The position numbers and the translations under genes were made by a program. A model generated the notes under the pieces. It was not told the origin of the DNA. It searched no databases and worked only from the letters and a program-made list of their open reading frames with translations. A DNA stretch of 49,390 nt from Chiloscyllium plagiosum (Eukaryota): NCBI RefSeq assembly GCF_004010195.1, contig NC_057718.1, positions 8,793,181-8,842,570 of the forward strand. Direction: 5' to 3'. Within the stretch, counting starts at the first letter, position 1. Each line of letters opens with the position of its first letter. This document shows, one piece after another, positions 47,772 to 49,390 of the stretch.

Positions 47772-48063
47772 GGATGGCACAGTGGCACAGTGGTTAGCAC
47801 TGCTGCCTCACAGCGCCAGAGGCCCGGGTTCAATTCCCACGCACATTCTCCCTGTGACTGTGTGGGTTTCCTCCAGGTGCTCCGGTTTCCTCCCACAGTC
47901 CAAAGATGTGCAGGTCAGGTGAATTGGCCATGCTAAATTGCCCATAGTGTTAGGTGAAGGGATAAATGTAGGGGAATGGGTCTGGGTGGGTTGCATTTTG
48001 GTGGGTCAGTGTGGACTTGTTGGGCCGAAGGGCCTGCTTCCACACTGTAAGTAATCTAATCTA
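47772..48063 (+). mobile_element. HE1-type V-SINE
   Basis: GGCACAGTGGTTAGCACTGCTGCCTCACAGCGCCAGAGGCCCGGGTTCAATTCCC head, partial V-domain, GTAAGTAATCTAATCTA tail. Confidence 0.9.
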
Positions 48064-48199
48064 GGTGCCTCAGGCACTAGTCACTGAGACTCAGTGTGCA
48101 AGTGCAGTAGGAAGTGACGAAGGCAAGTGGCAGGTTGACCTTTATCAGGAGAGGATTCAAGTACAACAGCAGGGATGTCTTGCTGCAGTTATATAGGGT

Positions 48200-48424
48200 C
48201 GAAGAGTGTGGTGCTGGAAAAGCACAGCAGGTCAGGCAGCATCCAAGGAGCAGGAGAGTCAACCTTTCGGGCACACGCCATTCATCAGGAATTCATCAGT
48301 CCTGATGAAGGGCTTCTGCCTGAAACATAGACTCTCCTGCTCCTCAGGAGAGCTGACCTGCTGTGCTTTTCCAGCACCACACTCCTCAACTCTGATCTCC
48401 AGTAGCTGAAGTCCTCATTTTCTC
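48200..48424. mobile_element. Inverted pair of PLE family 1 terminal repeats, with TSD
   Basis: Arms ~48200-48290 and ~48300-48424; direct repeat CTGCA(G/A)TTATA(T/C)AGGGT at 48183-48199 and 48425-48441; CTGATGA-a-GGGC-ttct-GCCT-GAAA at 48302-48325. Confidence 0.85.
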
Positions 48425-48869
48425 CTGCAATTATACAGGGTATTGGTGTGGCCACACCTGGAATATTGCGTGCAGTCTTGGTCTCCTTATCTGAGGAAGG
48501 ATGTTCTTGCACTACAGGGAATACAGTTTTTGCCCCTTCAGCTAAGGGGAATGTCTGCTTTACACACCTCGATCAAGACCCTCACTAAGCCTCCTCTACT
48601 CCAAATAAAACAGCAGTCACTGAAGTGCTCCGCCCAGACAGTAATCTGGTGAATCTCCTCTACGCCCCCTCCAATGCAATCACATCCTTCACAACAGTGC
48701 GGTGACCAGAACTGCTCACACAGTACTCCACCTGTGACAGTTTTATAGTTAACCAGGAGAGGAGTTGCTGATTTTTTTCTGGCTACTTACTTTAGCCAAT
48801 CAGAACCATCCAGAGTCCCTACCTCAACAGCTCGGATTTGGAAAGCTTTGCTGATAGCGTGTGGATTGT

Positions 48870-49390
48870 TGACTGGGGGAATCTCCACATGGTGCACATC
48901 TGAGAGACCCTGAGGGGCCTCCTTCAGTCTCGGAATTCCTGGAGGCTGGAGGATCTGGATCCCAGTCTTAGTGTGGGAAAGAGGGATTCCACTTCATGGG
49001 GCATTGGCATCAGTTTTGGAACAGGGGGATCTGTACCGTTGGGACGGTCTCCACCTGAACCGATCAGGTACCAATGTTCTAGCGAAGAGGATAAATAGGG
49101 TGGTCAGTAGGACTTTAAACTTCTGAGTTGGGGGGAAGGGAAAGTGAAAGCAACAGGGAGTATGGAGGTAAATGGCAAGATAAGCAGCAGGATAGCATGT
49201 TTCCAGGCAGATTTAAAATTGAGGCAGACTGAGAATACAGTAAAAAGCAAGGATAACTTAGGACATATGACTTCCAACATCTTTAATGATAAGGAAGTTA
49301 GCATTAAGGCACTTTACCTGAATGCTCGTAGCATACATAACAAAGCCGATGAACTAATGGCACAGATAATAGTGAATAATTATGATGTAG
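48870..49390 (+). mobile_element. CR1 ORF1 esterase tail and ORF2 start, running off the window
   Basis: DGLHLNRSGTNVLA at ~49043; ALYLNARSIHNKADELMAQIIVNNYDV at the window end. Confidence 0.88.

Larger units (their letters stand above)
45715..48520 (+). mobile_element. Long decayed CR1 ORF2 with three nested insertions
   Basis: IMGDFN at ~45760; LGVSDHDMI, NPWLMRKVK, GPDNLHPR, DVVYLDFQKAFDIVPH, GVPQGS, PHLEYCVQSWSPYLRKD. Confidence 0.88.

Noticed and set aside
47772..47840. Functional tRNA genes at SINE heads (also 16270-16338, 22011-22080, 44900-45215)
   Set aside because: A/B boxes are present but they continue into SINE bodies or diverged repeats and I cannot fold a full cloverleaf

Overview
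Eukaryotic, repeat-dense DNA with no host protein-coding exon I can support. HE1-type V-SINEs and HER1/CR1 LINEs point to an elasmobranch (shark/ray) intron or intergenic region (inference). Contents: many decayed and nested CR1-clade LINEs (RT, APE endonuclease, and in two copies the ORF1 esterase tail); a 2.1-kb Rex1/Babar LINE; a 2.25-kb inverted Penelope-like element (PLE; RT C-terminus plus GIY-YIG) and many short PLE terminal-repeat insertions; several tRNA-derived SINE families (HE1/V-SINE, Deu-domain, others); three Tigger/pogo-like MITEs; and a ~1.5-kb 24-bp tandem array. Nearly all listed ORFs are transposon debris or chance. Most notable: (1) minimal hammerhead-ribozyme motifs (CTGANGA-stem II-GAAA) in three PLE terminal-repeat families, some as tiny TSD-flanked inverted units; (2) the 24-bp array appears to be the body of a composite non-autonomous retroposon ending in a Rex1/Babar 3' stem-loop tail; (3) a ~90-bp locally templated insertion. 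Repeat boundaries were read by eye and are approximate unless defined by a TSD or TIR.
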